Source: Vibrio phage vB_VchM_Kuja. Taken from it: a stretch of DNA of 32,000 nt. The stretch's first letter is position 1; every line of letters starts with the position of its first letter. This document shows, piece by piece, positions 1 to 9,537 of the stretch. Both the position numbers and the translations under genes were made by a program. Location: the sequence record MN718199.1, one strand, 5' to 3'. The notes beneath the pieces were generated by a model. The model had not been told where the DNA came from. It saw only the letters and a program-made list of their open reading frames with translations, and ran no database searches.

Positions 1-2
1 GT

Positions 3-320
3 ATGAAAACACATGATCGTAATGGACAAACTTTGTTTAGTTTGTCTAGTGGTCAAAGAGCGCGTGTTGACCTAGCGATTGTGTTTGCTCTACGCGATGT
101 GGCTAACTTGAAAGCTTCATTCCAATGTAACATACTAATCATGGATGAGATACTAGAATCACTGTCTGGAATAGGTGTTACAGAAGCCGTAGCTATGATC
201 AAAAACAAGTTCCACCAAAACAATCTTTTCATTATCACACAACGTAATGAGGAGTTCGTTGAGTTCTTTGATCACCAAGTTAAGTACAGTCTACGTGATG
301 GGTTTACCACCGTTCTATAA
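3..320 (+). CDS. 46: gp46/SbcC-like recombination endonuclease ATPase subunit, C-terminal part (5' truncated by window)
   Basis: ABC signature LSSGQRARVDLAIVFAL followed by Walker B/D-loop ILIMDEILESLSGIG and FIITQR; fits the C-terminus of SMC/Rad50-like phage gp46. Confidence 0.85.
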   Translation: MKTHDRNGQTLFSLSSGQRARVDLAIVFALRDVANLKASFQCNILIMDEILESLSGIGVTEAVAMIKNKFHQNNLFIITQRNEEFVEFFDHQVKYSLRDGFTTVL

Positions 321-340
321 AATATTTCAAAATATTTTTC

Positions 341-369
341 AAAAAGGGGCTTGTCACAGCCCCTTTTTC
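341..369 (+). terminator. Rho-independent terminator
   Basis: AAAAGGGGCT-tgtcac-AGCCCCTTTTT just after the gp46-like stop. Confidence 0.85.
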
Positions 370-417
370 AATTTACTATTACTTCATAAACACGGCAAAC
401 ACTAAAGGAAAGCCAAA

Positions 418-651
418 ATGAAAAAACCAGCTCACAAAATCATCAAATGCAATACTCGTGGAACTCTGTTTGTTGTTAAACCTGAACACGTTCAATTCCA
501 TATTGGATCAACTGTTGTTGGTGAAGTTGCTTCTGTTTCAAAAACAAAAACAGTTAGTAATTTTAGTGGAATTCAATGTAAACTGGTTACTGATACAAAC
601 GGTACAGTTTATGAAATGTTTTCTGACAAATCACTTCGTAAGGTAGATTAA
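418..651 (+). CDS. Hypothetical small phage protein
   Basis: 77-aa ORF with compact spacing to the next gene. Confidence 0.65.
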   Translation: MKKPAHKIIKCNTRGTLFVVKPEHVQFHIGSTVVGEVASVSKTKTVSNFSGIQCKLVTDTNGTVYEMFSDKSLRKVD

Positions 652-653
652 AA

Positions 654-896
654 ATGATTGATTTTGAAAAATACTTGGAGCAACTGCGTGAATACCCACA
701 AGTTGATAATCTGTTTGAAGACGAGGTTAACCAAATGTGGGTTGCTGAACTAACAACTGGTGAAGAAATGCAGTTTCAGTACATGTGGAACGGCAAGATT
801 AAGGTCACTGCCATAGTGTTAGATAAAGTTGATGCGTGGTTTAGTGAAGGTAATTGGTTGCAAGATATTACCAAAGCAACTGAATTAGGTCAATAA
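654..896 (+). CDS. Hypothetical small acidic phage protein
   Basis: 80-aa ORF immediately after the previous stop, followed by a terminator hairpin. Confidence 0.65.
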   Translation: MIDFEKYLEQLREYPQVDNLFEDEVNQMWVAELTTGEEMQFQYMWNGKIKVTAIVLDKVDAWFSEGNWLQDITKATELGQ

Positions 897-897
897 C

Positions 898-922
898 AAA
901 GGGGGTTTATTCCCCTTTTTTT
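898..922 (+). terminator. Rho-independent terminator
   Basis: AAAGGGGG-tttatt-CCCCTTTTTTT. Confidence 0.75.
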
Positions 923-934
923 GAGGTTAAAATT

Positions 935-1114
935 ATGTCAATTTTAGAATATTTTCAAATGTTTTGGTTAGTCCCATTTGTGGTTTTTGTTACGCCTATT
1001 ATCATTAAACCATTCACTGATACAAACTTTGTTGATATGATCAAAGTTTCTTCTTTATTTGCTGGTGTTCTCGTTGTTTTATCACACCTGAGTGTTATTA
1101 CTCTAATAATGTAA
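935..1114 (+). CDS. Small hydrophobic (membrane) protein, 59 aa
   Basis: My translation: MSILEYFQMFWLVPFVVFVTPIIIKPFTDTNFVDMIKVSSLFAGVLVVLSHLSVITLIM*; preceded by a GAGG motif; absent from the supplied ORF track. Confidence 0.5.
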   Translation: MSILEYFQMFWLVPFVVFVTPIIIKPFTDTNFVDMIKVSSLFAGVLVVLSHLSVITLIM

Positions 1115-1153
1115 TTACTAAATAACTCAAATAACATAATTGAGGATTCCAAA

Positions 1154-3649
1154 ATGGGACTATTCAAAAATTTAGTAACTGAAAATGAACAATTTAACGA
1201 AGCTTTCAACCAACCACCTTATGAATACACCTTTGGTAAGAAAAACGCCACTGAGGTGTTTTTTACTTTCCAAGAAGAAGGTGAAGATAAAGAATACCGC
1301 ATCATGTTTGCTGCTTCTGCAGGTATGGGTAAAAACGTTCGTCGTATTCTTATTGGTGAGCGCGTAGGCACTAGCAACACAACACGCAATGTAATCAAAA
1401 AATTTAAAAATCCACTGCGCGTTATTGCTACTTTGACCGCAGCGGTTGAAGAGTTTTTGATCACCCCTATGGGTATGAAAATTGAAGGTTTTGCTATCTT
1501 TATTCCTGCTATTGCAGGTAATCGTTTAGATGAGTTTATGAAACTTCTATTTAAACGAAATGCAAAACTTCGTTCTAAGTTAGCTCTAGTGGACACAAAA
1601 TTGAAGCTTGATGAAAAAGGTTTTTATTTGTGGACTGTGCGCAAGGGTAAAAATCCAGCTGAAGTATTTAATGGTGAATTGGTTTCTGGTATGTTCCCAG
1701 ATCAAGTTCTTGGTGATGAAGAATCTACTTCTACTCCTACCCAACAAACCAATGACAATACATATCTATCACCTGATGAAGTTGTTGAAAAACTATATGC
1801 TAATCTAAAGGGTGATGGGTATGAAATAGATATTCAAAGAAGTATAATGGGTAAAGAATCTGTTTATGTTAAAACAGATGATATACGCTCAGTAATTACT
1901 GTGAAAGCTACCAAAGAAAAAGTTTATATGGTAGTGCCTGTATTAAATGATAAATTTGAATCTTCTTGGTCAATGATCAATGCAAACTTAACACTTCTTA
2001 TAGGTAGAATAAGAAAAGTTGAGTTGGTTAATATGCAGTCAGAAGAACCTACTCCTAACCCTGAACAAATTTATAATCAAAACAGAAATAAATTGGTTGA
2101 TTGGCAAATTAAGAACGCATTTTATACCGCTTTAAGTAGTTCTTTCAGTCTTGAGAAAGATGACATTATAACGTCTGCGTTTAACGATGAAGACATGGAT
2201 GTGATGGGTTTTAGATTCACTAAGAATGGAATGTCTTTCCATTTTGTTGTTGATGAAAGAGATCCAAATGGTACCAGTTTTAAGGTTTTGAAACGTGGTG
2301 CTGTATTGATACAACACCCCGTGAACATAATTGGTATGTCAGAAAAAGACCTCGCGTCTGTTCTTGAAACCCATATCTTGGATTACCTATCAAAAGGTAT
2401 TGATAATCAAAAAACTGATTATCAAAGATGTTTGGATGCTGTAGGACAATTAGAATTTGTAACTGGTATTCAATCTGAAAAAACTGGAAATAATAAGAAA
2501 ACAGTCTTCAATACAACTGATCCTGATTTAAAAATTGTTGTAAACGACCCAATGATGAGACTTACTTCTATTTTTGTTTTCAACCCATCAACGGGTGAAG
2601 TATTGTTTGAGCGTAAAAATACTGCAGAACAACCTGTATCAAAAATTATTGATGCGCTGTCTACTAAATGGAAAAACTTACTAAAGACTAAAAATCAAGT
2701 TAGACCTGATTATCAAAAATTTACAACCAGAATGGCAGAACACCGTCTTGTTTTGAGAAACGTTAAGTCTTACGAAGTAGATGGTTTGAGTACTCTTTAC
2801 ACAGTTGAAGATGATATTGCTGTTGATGTTGATTATAGTGATTTAGAAAATACAAAGATCAAAGTCTATAGTAGATCTAAAGGGACTGTTTTATATCAAG
2901 CTGAAAATGCTGATGATACTACTGCAAACACAATCAAAAAGAATTGGAAAAATATTGTAAATGCAGAACAACAAAATTCTACTTTTGATCGAAACCAAAC
3001 AAATGTTATTGAATATAACTTTGATGGTAATATTGAAACCTTTCAAAAACTTCTAAATGAATTAGTTGCTAACGGAAGTACGGTAGAAGGTGCCTTGGGT
3101 GTTGCAACCATGAAAGGTTGGGACTTTAGAACCCTGACCAACATAATTTATGAACGTATCTTGGGAGTTGCAGGTGTTACCGTTCTTGACAGAAATAATA
3201 CTGTATTCCATAGTGGTAACACTATCCATATTGAGTTAAGTCTTAACAATTATTTCAAAGTTGATCTTGAGGCACATAAAGTAGAATATTCAGGTATGTT
3301 CCAAGATAGCTTGAAATTAAATAAGGATAATAATATTCTTGAAATTTCTGACGCTCTCAATGAGTACATGACTAGACTGGCTAATGATATTAGTTTATCT
3401 GAAAGTGAGTCTAACAGAATTCTCCCTGATGGTTATCAAGAAAATGTGTTCCGCTTCAAAGTTAAATTCCGTAGTGGCTCACCTGCTCGTCTCTATGTTC
3501 ATCCGATCTCAGAAGAAGCTAAAGAAATCTTTGGTGTGGATGAATACAAGACTCTTTGGTTTGAAAGTGATGAAGTGGGGACTTATGCTGTAGACCGTTT
3601 AAATGAATACAGAGAGATTTCAGGATTAGACGATGAAGTAAAAAAGTAG
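1154..3649 (+). CDS. Large uncharacterised phage protein (831 aa) with degenerate internal repeats; possible 0-frame part of a -1 frameshift fusion
   Basis: Long ORF preceded by GAGG; recurrent pattern of a beta-rich stretch followed by ..W+N(I/L)(L/V).. helices; ends ..GTA AAA AAG TAG. Confidence 0.85.
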   Translation: MGLFKNLVTENEQFNEAFNQPPYEYTFGKKNATEVFFTFQEEGEDKEYRIMFAASAGMGKNVRRILIGERVGTSNTTRNVIKKFKNPLRVIATLTAAVEEFLITPMGMKIEGFAIFIPAIAGNRLDEFMKLLFKRNAKLRSKLALVDTKLKLDEKGFYLWTVRKGKNPAEVFNGELVSGMFPDQVLGDEESTSTPTQQTNDNTYLSPDEVVEKLYANLKGDGYEIDIQRSIMGKESVYVKTDDIRSVITVKATKEKVYMVVPVLNDKFESSWSMINANLTLLIGRIRKVELVNMQSEEPTPNPEQIYNQNRNKLVDWQIKNAFYTALSSSFSLEKDDIITSAFNDEDMDVMGFRFTKNGMSFHFVVDERDPNGTSFKVLKRGAVLIQHPVNIIGMSEKDLASVLETHILDYLSKGIDNQKTDYQRCLDAVGQLEFVTGIQSEKTGNNKKTVFNTTDPDLKIVVNDPMMRLTSIFVFNPSTGEVLFERKNTAEQPVSKIIDALSTKWKNLLKTKNQVRPDYQKFTTRMAEHRLVLRNVKSYEVDGLSTLYTVEDDIAVDVDYSDLENTKIKVYSRSKGTVLYQAENADDTTANTIKKNWKNIVNAEQQNSTFDRNQTNVIEYNFDGNIETFQKLLNELVANGSTVEGALGVATMKGWDFRTLTNIIYERILGVAGVTVLDRNNTVFHSGNTIHIELSLNNYFKVDLEAHKVEYSGMFQDSLKLNKDNNILEISDALNEYMTRLANDISLSESESNRILPDGYQENVFRFKVKFRSGSPARLYVHPISEEAKEIFGVDEYKTLWFESDEVGTYAVDRLNEYREISGLDDEVKK

Positions 3650-3697
3650 GTAAGAGTGCCTTGGACCTTCTTCTGCCTTGGGATGCAAATCCCAAGG
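3640..3697 (+). promoter_or_regulatory. Candidate programmed -1 ribosomal frameshift signal
   Basis: Heptamer A_AAA_AAG (3640-3646) in the 0 frame directly before TAG (3647-3649); downstream perfect 8-bp hairpin CCTTGGGA-tgcaaa-TCCCAAGG (3676-3697); upstream AGGA (3622-3625). Confidence 0.55.
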
Positions 3698-4143
3698 TTG
3701 GATGGTGGGAAGATCTTGATCCAATTATCTTTTACCATGGTACTCACGAAAACAATCTTCAATCAGTTCTTGACAATGGTCTTACACGAAAGGATCCTGA
3801 TACTGGGATGATTTCACTTGCTTTGGAACCTTATACTGCGAACGCTTACGCGGCAATGAGTGGTAGTGGTGGTGAGCATAAATTTAGACAAATTGGTGCA
3901 AGTGCAACAACCACAAAAGTTGATGAGCGTGTTGTTATCAAGTTTACCATACCTAATGAATGGGTTAAAAAACATATGGAACCAAAATTGGGTGGAAATA
4001 TAGGTGACGCATACAAACGGATGCGCAGTAAAGACCTATATGAACAGTATGAAGGCTCGGATCAACAATACTATCAGTTTGCTGAGATCCGTGTAGATGC
4101 TGTTGTACCACCAAATTTTATTGTCGGTTATATGAAAAAATAG
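3646..4143 (+). CDS. ADP-ribosyltransferase-like domain, either the -1 frame extension of the upstream ORF or a separate ORF from TTG 3661
   Basis: IIFYHGT..L..VLDNGL...SLALEPYTANAYA...YYQFAEIRVDAVVPPNFI: H / Y / E pattern of ART folds. No ATG near the ORF start; the supplied track uses TTG 3661. Confidence 0.6.
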   Translation, partial: VGKSALDLLLPWDANPKVGWWEDLDPIIFYHGTHENNLQSVLDNGLTRKDPDTGMISLALEPYTANAYAAMSGSGGEHKFRQIGASATTTKVDERVVIKFTIPNEWVKKHMEPKLGGNIGDAYKRMRSKDLYEQYEGSDQQYYQFAEIRVDAVVPPNFIVGYMKK

Positions 4144-4821
4144 GTGATAAAAATGTTCAATGTAAAACAATGTTTAGAAGAAATGCGCTTGAGTATGGTA
4201 GGGCTAGAAGGATTTACTGTTCCTAATGTGGTTCCTAACTCAGGCATTGTATTCAACTACTACTGTGAAAACCCATGCGTTTTTGAAGTGTATGTCGGTG
4301 AAGACGGTGGTTATACAATAACTGTTGAGGGGCATCACAAACATTATGGATCTTGGCGTGATTATGTTGATTTTGAAGATGATTTTTATGACTTCGAAGA
4401 ATTCTTTGATCATATTGCGCTTCACTATGAACAGTGGTTGTTGGAAGGCAGAATCTCTGATGATTGGGATCCAAGTCTGATTGAAGCTGAAAGAAGTTTT
4501 AGTGGTGTTCAGAGAACTGACGGTGAAGGTGTAGGTCAAGTTGGTGAAGGTGTTGAACCATTTAACACTAAAAATGCATTAAATAAGGTGTTGGTTGCAG
4601 CAAAATTCCCAAAACGTAAGATACAGCAAACATCCGGTGGTACTGCAATCCACGTTGATTTTGAAGGTGATCATAATAAATACTGGATAGAATACACTAA
4701 ACAATCCAACGGTTCTTGGATATTTAAATTTGGTGGTAATGGCAATAATTTTAAGAAAGACGTTAATGACTACAATGAGTTGCTAGCCGCAGCCAAGGAA
4801 GCCAAAAAACTTCTAAAATAA
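4144..4821 (+). CDS. Hypothetical protein, GTG start at 4144 or ATG at 4153
   Basis: 225-aa ORF directly following the ART-like ORF and followed by a terminator. Confidence 0.7.
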   Translation: MIKMFNVKQCLEEMRLSMVGLEGFTVPNVVPNSGIVFNYYCENPCVFEVYVGEDGGYTITVEGHHKHYGSWRDYVDFEDDFYDFEEFFDHIALHYEQWLLEGRISDDWDPSLIEAERSFSGVQRTDGEGVGQVGEGVEPFNTKNALNKVLVAAKFPKRKIQQTSGGTAIHVDFEGDHNKYWIEYTKQSNGSWIFKFGGNGNNFKKDVNDYNELLAAAKEAKKLLK

Positions 4822-4834
4822 TTGATAATAAGAG

Positions 4835-4858
4835 AAGCCCCATCAAGGGGCTTTTTTC
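4835..4858 (+). terminator. Rho-independent terminator
   Basis: AAGCCCC-atcaa-GGGGCTTTTTT. Confidence 0.85.
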
Positions 4859-4893
4859 TTTAACAATATTCAAATTATAATAACCCTTATTTC

Positions 4894-5391
4894 ATGGGAT
4901 GTTTTATGGAAGTTGAAGAAACTATTGTCGTATTGGATACACATTGTTTAACTGATAGAGAGTTAGCTATCCTATTGACCGCTACACACAAAACTATACC
5001 CGAAGCCCAAACGCTTCTTAAACAGAGTTTAGGGTTTGTTTCTGTTAATATGATGGGTAAGGGCTTTGCGCCATTAATTAACGCTTCTGTCGCTGGTGTG
5101 CAGTTTCTAGACGATGGTTCTCTTAGGTTAACCCATATGCGTGAGCCTAGCTCAATCAAAGATCCTGAGATATTACTCAATGTTATTGACAAACTAACTT
5201 TATCAATAGATTTTGAGGTTTGGGTCGAGATGATTGTTTATTTGGGTCTTCGTGATACAATGAAGGCTGCTTTAGATGGTTTAGGTCACTTACTAGCACT
5301 AGCAGCAAAAACCGATAAAACTGATGTGGTTATTGGTAGGAAATTACGTGACCCTGAACATGATGAATACCCACTAGAGAATTTACTATGA
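4894..5391 (+). CDS. Hypothetical protein (possible start ATG 4909)
   Basis: 165-aa ORF overlapping the next gene by 4 nt (ATGA). Confidence 0.65.
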   Translation: MGCFMEVEETIVVLDTHCLTDRELAILLTATHKTIPEAQTLLKQSLGFVSVNMMGKGFAPLINASVAGVQFLDDGSLRLTHMREPSSIKDPEILLNVIDKLTLSIDFEVWVEMIVYLGLRDTMKAALDGLGHLLALAAKTDKTDVVIGRKLRDPEHDEYPLENLL

Positions 5392-5798
5392 AAAGAGTAT
5401 TATTACACAAAACAACAAAATATGTTGTCAAAGATCAAATCAAATCTGATAATGCAACTTGCTTCATTGGTATAGGTTCACCAAAATCATCAACCCATGC
5501 TTATTCTCTAGCTTGGGGTGATCGCGCAAACATGCTTAAATACACTAGTGATGATATTGCGTTTGTTTCTGCCGAGGGTCAGCGTACAGGTCGTGTATCA
5601 CCTAAAGCTATAGTTAATATGCTCGAAGCATTAAGACGCGCAGGTGGTACGGCTCTTACAGACAATAGAGAGCATACCAATAGACCATACAACATTGGTG
5701 AAAGAGAAGTTCAGGATATTTTACGTGGTTTGGGGTTTGTCGCGGTAGAAGAAACTGAACACTTTCTAGTTTGGAAACCAATAAACCTTATTTCCTAA
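5388..5798 (+). CDS. Hypothetical protein
   Basis: 136-aa ORF translationally coupled to the previous one. Confidence 0.7.
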   Translation: MKRVLLHKTTKYVVKDQIKSDNATCFIGIGSPKSSTHAYSLAWGDRANMLKYTSDDIAFVSAEGQRTGRVSPKAIVNMLEALRRAGGTALTDNREHTNRPYNIGEREVQDILRGLGFVAVEETEHFLVWKPINLIS

Positions 5799-5870
5799 CA
5801 CACAACATATAGTATGATTTGCTCTGGAGACACACTAATTATCAACCCAAGTGTGGAGGAGTCAATCATC

Positions 5871-8177
5871 ATGTCAACTATAACTGTTATTAAAAGAGAC
5901 GGAACGCGATCACCAATAGATTTTTCAAAAATAAATTCTGTTGTGATTAATGCCTGTAAAGGGTTAAAAAATGTTTCTGCTTCTGAACTGATTAGCAAAG
6001 CTAAAATTCTTTTTGTTGATGGTGTTACCACGGAACATGTTCAATCAACCCTTATTAAAACCGCAGCAGATCTCATCAGTATTGATGCACCCGACTGGAG
6101 TTACGTTTGTGCCCGTCTAAATGTCTATGACATTAGAAAACGAGCATATGGTTCTTATAATGTACCTCACCTCATTGATTGTATTCAAGTAGGTGTCGAT
6201 AAAGGGTATTATGATAAAACCCTTTTAGAAAACTACACTGCTAGTGAAATGGATATATTTAATGATGTATTAGATCATGAACGTGATAATACGTTTACGG
6301 CTGCAGCCATGGGGCAATTAGGTGATAAATACTTATTACGAAACAGAACAAAAGGTGATAGAGCGTTTTATGAATCACCTCAAATAATGTATATGCTCAT
6401 TGCGATGACGTTGTTTTCTGTTTTCCCTAGTTCTAGAAAACGTGTTAAAAACATCATCAGTTTCTATAACAATGCAACAACATTCAAGTTTAGTTTACCA
6501 ACACCCATTATGTCCGCCGCTAGAACACCTACCAGACAGTTCAGTTCTTGCGTCTTAATCAAGTGTGGTGATACGTTAGATTCTATCAACGCTACAGCTA
6601 CAGCGATCACAAAATACATTAGTAAGAAAGCGGGCATCGGCGTAGATCAATCAATGATCCGTTCTGAGGGTGCGCCTATTCGTAAAGGTGAAATGACCCA
6701 TACTGGTGTAATCCCATTCCTAAAATATCATGTTGCCGCTGTTAAATCATGTTCGCAAGGTGGTATTCGTGGCGGTTCAGCTACCATGTATTATGCTTGG
6801 TGGCATTATCAATTTGATGATATTGTTGTTCTTAAAAATAACCGTGGTGTTGAAGAGAACCGTGAACGCCGTTGTGATTACGGTATTCAAATAAATGGTG
6901 AGTTGTTCCGTCGCTATTTTGAAAATGAAGACGTTTGGTTGTTGGACCCTTCTGATACTCCTGACCTATACAAAGCATTCTTTGATGATCAAGGTGTATT
7001 CCAAGAACTTTATGCACATTATTGTAAAAAGGCTGAAGCGGGTTTAATTCGTGGTAAGAAATTAACTGCTGAAGAAGTGTTAAATAAACTTATCCAACAA
7101 CGTTCAGAAACCGGTCGTATTTATATTGCTTTTGTTGACAATATGAATGAACAAGGCCCTTTCAACAAATATATTGATCCATTGACAATGAGTAACCTCT
7201 GTTTAGAGATCGCCCTACCTGTTCGTCAATTTGAAGATCAGTATGATGAAAATGGTCGTATTGCTCTATGTACTCTTTCATCAGTTAATATGTTGGAAGT
7301 GAAATCATTTGAAGAAAAATTGGAAGTTGCTGAATGCTTGGTGTGGGCGCTTAATGGTCTGTTGCGTTACCAAGAATATCCTATGATTCAAGCAAAATTA
7401 GCAACCGAAGATTTTGCAACATTGGGCGTTGGTGTTGTTAACTATGCTGCCGCTCTAGCAGAACTAGGTTTTAAATACGGTGATGAAAACTCACTAAAAT
7501 ACACAAACCAATATTTTGAAGAATTAGCATATGCTCTAACAAAAGCGTCTGTTGATTTTGCAAAAGAGTTTAATCCTTGTGGGCGTTGGAAGGACACTTG
7601 TTATGGTAAAGGCGTATTCCCACATGAAAAAGCTCACCCAGGAGTTTACCAATTGGTTAGTTATTCACGCCATTTGGAAGAAAAATGGGATGAATTACGT
7701 GAGGAATTACTTAATCATGGAATTGCAAATGCAACCCTAATGGCTGTGGCACCAACAGAAAGTTCTTCACAAGTATTGAACGCGACAAATGGTATTGAAC
7801 CACCTATGGAGCCAGTAACCATTAAAGCTTCAAAATCTGGTCTATTCAAACAAATTATCCCTAATCCACATCTTATTGATAACTATAACTTTGCTTGGTC
7901 TACCAAAACGCGCGATTATCTTAACGTTATGGCAGTTATTCAACGTTGGGTTGATCAATCTATTTCATCTAATACAACATACGATCCAGATCAATTTGAA
8001 GATGGTAAGCTTCCAGCCGAGTTAGTTCTAGAAGACATTATTGACTTCTATACTAAAGGTGGTAAAACACTCTATTATTCTAAGTTAAAAGATGGTGCGG
8101 GTGAAGAAAAGGACGTGGTTGTAAAAGCAAAACCTCAAGAACCTGATGATTCTGTTTGTGAATCTTGTGTAATCTAA
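5871..8177 (+). CDS. nrdA: Aerobic (class I) ribonucleoside-diphosphate reductase alpha subunit
   Basis: ATG 5871 with upstream GGAGGAG; ITVIKRDGTRSPIDFSKIN, CSQGGIRGGSATMYYAWWH, NLCLEI, LMAVAPTESSSQVLNATNGIEPP; C-terminal CESC redox motif. Confidence 0.97.
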   Translation: MSTITVIKRDGTRSPIDFSKINSVVINACKGLKNVSASELISKAKILFVDGVTTEHVQSTLIKTAADLISIDAPDWSYVCARLNVYDIRKRAYGSYNVPHLIDCIQVGVDKGYYDKTLLENYTASEMDIFNDVLDHERDNTFTAAAMGQLGDKYLLRNRTKGDRAFYESPQIMYMLIAMTLFSVFPSSRKRVKNIISFYNNATTFKFSLPTPIMSAARTPTRQFSSCVLIKCGDTLDSINATATAITKYISKKAGIGVDQSMIRSEGAPIRKGEMTHTGVIPFLKYHVAAVKSCSQGGIRGGSATMYYAWWHYQFDDIVVLKNNRGVEENRERRCDYGIQINGELFRRYFENEDVWLLDPSDTPDLYKAFFDDQGVFQELYAHYCKKAEAGLIRGKKLTAEEVLNKLIQQRSETGRIYIAFVDNMNEQGPFNKYIDPLTMSNLCLEIALPVRQFEDQYDENGRIALCTLSSVNMLEVKSFEEKLEVAECLVWALNGLLRYQEYPMIQAKLATEDFATLGVGVVNYAAALAELGFKYGDENSLKYTNQYFEELAYALTKASVDFAKEFNPCGRWKDTCYGKGVFPHEKAHPGVYQLVSYSRHLEEKWDELREELLNHGIANATLMAVAPTESSSQVLNATNGIEPPMEPVTIKASKSGLFKQIIPNPHLIDNYNFAWSTKTRDYLNVMAVIQRWVDQSISSNTTYDPDQFEDGKLPAELVLEDIIDFYTKGGKTLYYSKLKDGAGEEKDVVVKAKPQEPDDSVCESCVI

Positions 8178-8185
8178 ATTAGATA

Positions 8186-8208
8186 AGGTGGGGGTGAAAA
8201 CCCCACCT
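8186..8208 (+). repeat. nrdA-nrdB intergenic hairpin
   Basis: AGGTGGGG-gtgaaaa-CCCCACCT between nrdA and nrdB, no long U tract. Confidence 0.6.
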
Positions 8209-8221
8209 AGAGGAATTAAAA

Positions 8222-9373
8222 ATGAAACATACTGAAAAACTAGCTTGGTTTGATGGTTCTGTTGAAATACAGCGTTATGATGTTGTTCGTCATGACCGAA
8301 TTGAAAAATGGAATAATAAAGGTTTGAGTTTCTTTTGGCGTCCAGAAGAAGTAGACATCACAAAGGATAAATCAGACTTTGAAAGTTTACCCGCTAACGA
8401 ACAGCATATCTTTTTGAGTAATTTAAAAAGACAAATCCTGCTTGATTCAATTCAGGGGCAAGCGCCTTCGCAAATATTTGGTCCTCTTGCTTCAACACCT
8501 GAAAACGAAAACGCGATCACTAACTGGACATTTCAAGAGTCAATTCATTCTCGTTCTTATACCCATATTATACGCAACGTTTTGGCTGACCCTAGTGTTG
8601 TGTTTGATAGTGTATTAGAAAACGCTCAAATCGTCTCACTTGCAGAGCAAATTAATAAATATTATGACTCATTGGCTTCGTATAATAGTATGATGGCAAT
8701 TATACATGACCCCTATGTCTCTGATAGTGTTAAAGAAGCTGTTGATAAGGAATACAGTCTTTATGAACATAAAAAGGCTTTCTGGCGTGCGCTGTTTGCT
8801 GTGAACGCTCTTGAAGGTGTTCGCTTCTATGTTTCATTTGCGTGTTCCTGGGCGTTTATGCAAATGAAAGAAAAGATGGAAGGTAATGCAAAAATCATCA
8901 AACTAATTTGTCGCGATGAAAACATGCATCTTGCATACACACAACTCCATATCAACAAAATCACACAAGAAGATCCTGATTTTGTTGCTATTAAGAAAGA
9001 ACTTGAATTAGAAATGATCATGCTCTTTATGGATGTGGTTCAACAGGAAAAGGAATGGGCTGAATATCTTTTCAAATATGGTGACATGCTTGGTCTTAAT
9101 TATGAAATCTGTTGTGATTACATTGATTGGATTGCAAACGCTCGACTAAATGCTATAGGTTACCAATATCCGCTTCCGTCACCGAGCCAGAACCCACTTC
9201 CGTGGACCAATGACTGGATAACATCAGGTCATAAACAAATAGCTCTACAAGAAGCAGAGAACGACGCCTACTTACTAGGTGCCCTAGGCGGATCATTAAC
9301 AAAAGCTAGAAAGGTCTTGGCTGATAAGTATAGATATCTTATTAGATCTACAGCTACAGCTGATAAGAGGTAG
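8222..9373 (+). CDS. nrdB: Ribonucleoside-diphosphate reductase beta subunit
   Basis: FWRPEEVDI, TFQESIHSRSYTHI, CRDENMHLAYTQ diiron ligand motifs. Confidence 0.97.
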   Translation: MKHTEKLAWFDGSVEIQRYDVVRHDRIEKWNNKGLSFFWRPEEVDITKDKSDFESLPANEQHIFLSNLKRQILLDSIQGQAPSQIFGPLASTPENENAITNWTFQESIHSRSYTHIIRNVLADPSVVFDSVLENAQIVSLAEQINKYYDSLASYNSMMAIIHDPYVSDSVKEAVDKEYSLYEHKKAFWRALFAVNALEGVRFYVSFACSWAFMQMKEKMEGNAKIIKLICRDENMHLAYTQLHINKITQEDPDFVAIKKELELEMIMLFMDVVQQEKEWAEYLFKYGDMLGLNYEICCDYIDWIANARLNAIGYQYPLPSPSQNPLPWTNDWITSGHKQIALQEAENDAYLLGALGGSLTKARKVLADKYRYLIRSTATADKR

Positions 9374-9376
9374 AAT

Positions 9377-9523
9377 ATGTTCATAACACCTAATATTTGT
9401 ATTGAAAAAAACAAAAAGGGCAAACTGGTTCTAGTTGAGAGTGATATACCACAAGATCCAACATTTATGATAAAATTGATCAGTTTTATTAGTCTTGTTG
9501 GGGTTATCACTTCATTTGTTTGA
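9377..9523 (+). CDS. Small hydrophobic-tailed protein, 48 aa
   Basis: Translation MFITPNICIEKNKKGKLVLVESDIPQDPTFMIKLISFISLVGVITSFV*; immediately after nrdB and before a terminator. Confidence 0.45.
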   Translation: MFITPNICIEKNKKGKLVLVESDIPQDPTFMIKLISFISLVGVITSFV

Positions 9524-9537
9524 TTAATGTTTAATTG

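Noticed and set aside
6832-7740. Short ORFs overlapping nrdA (6832-7017 minus, 7552-7740 plus)
   Set aside because: Fully inside the well-supported nrdA frame; no motifs.
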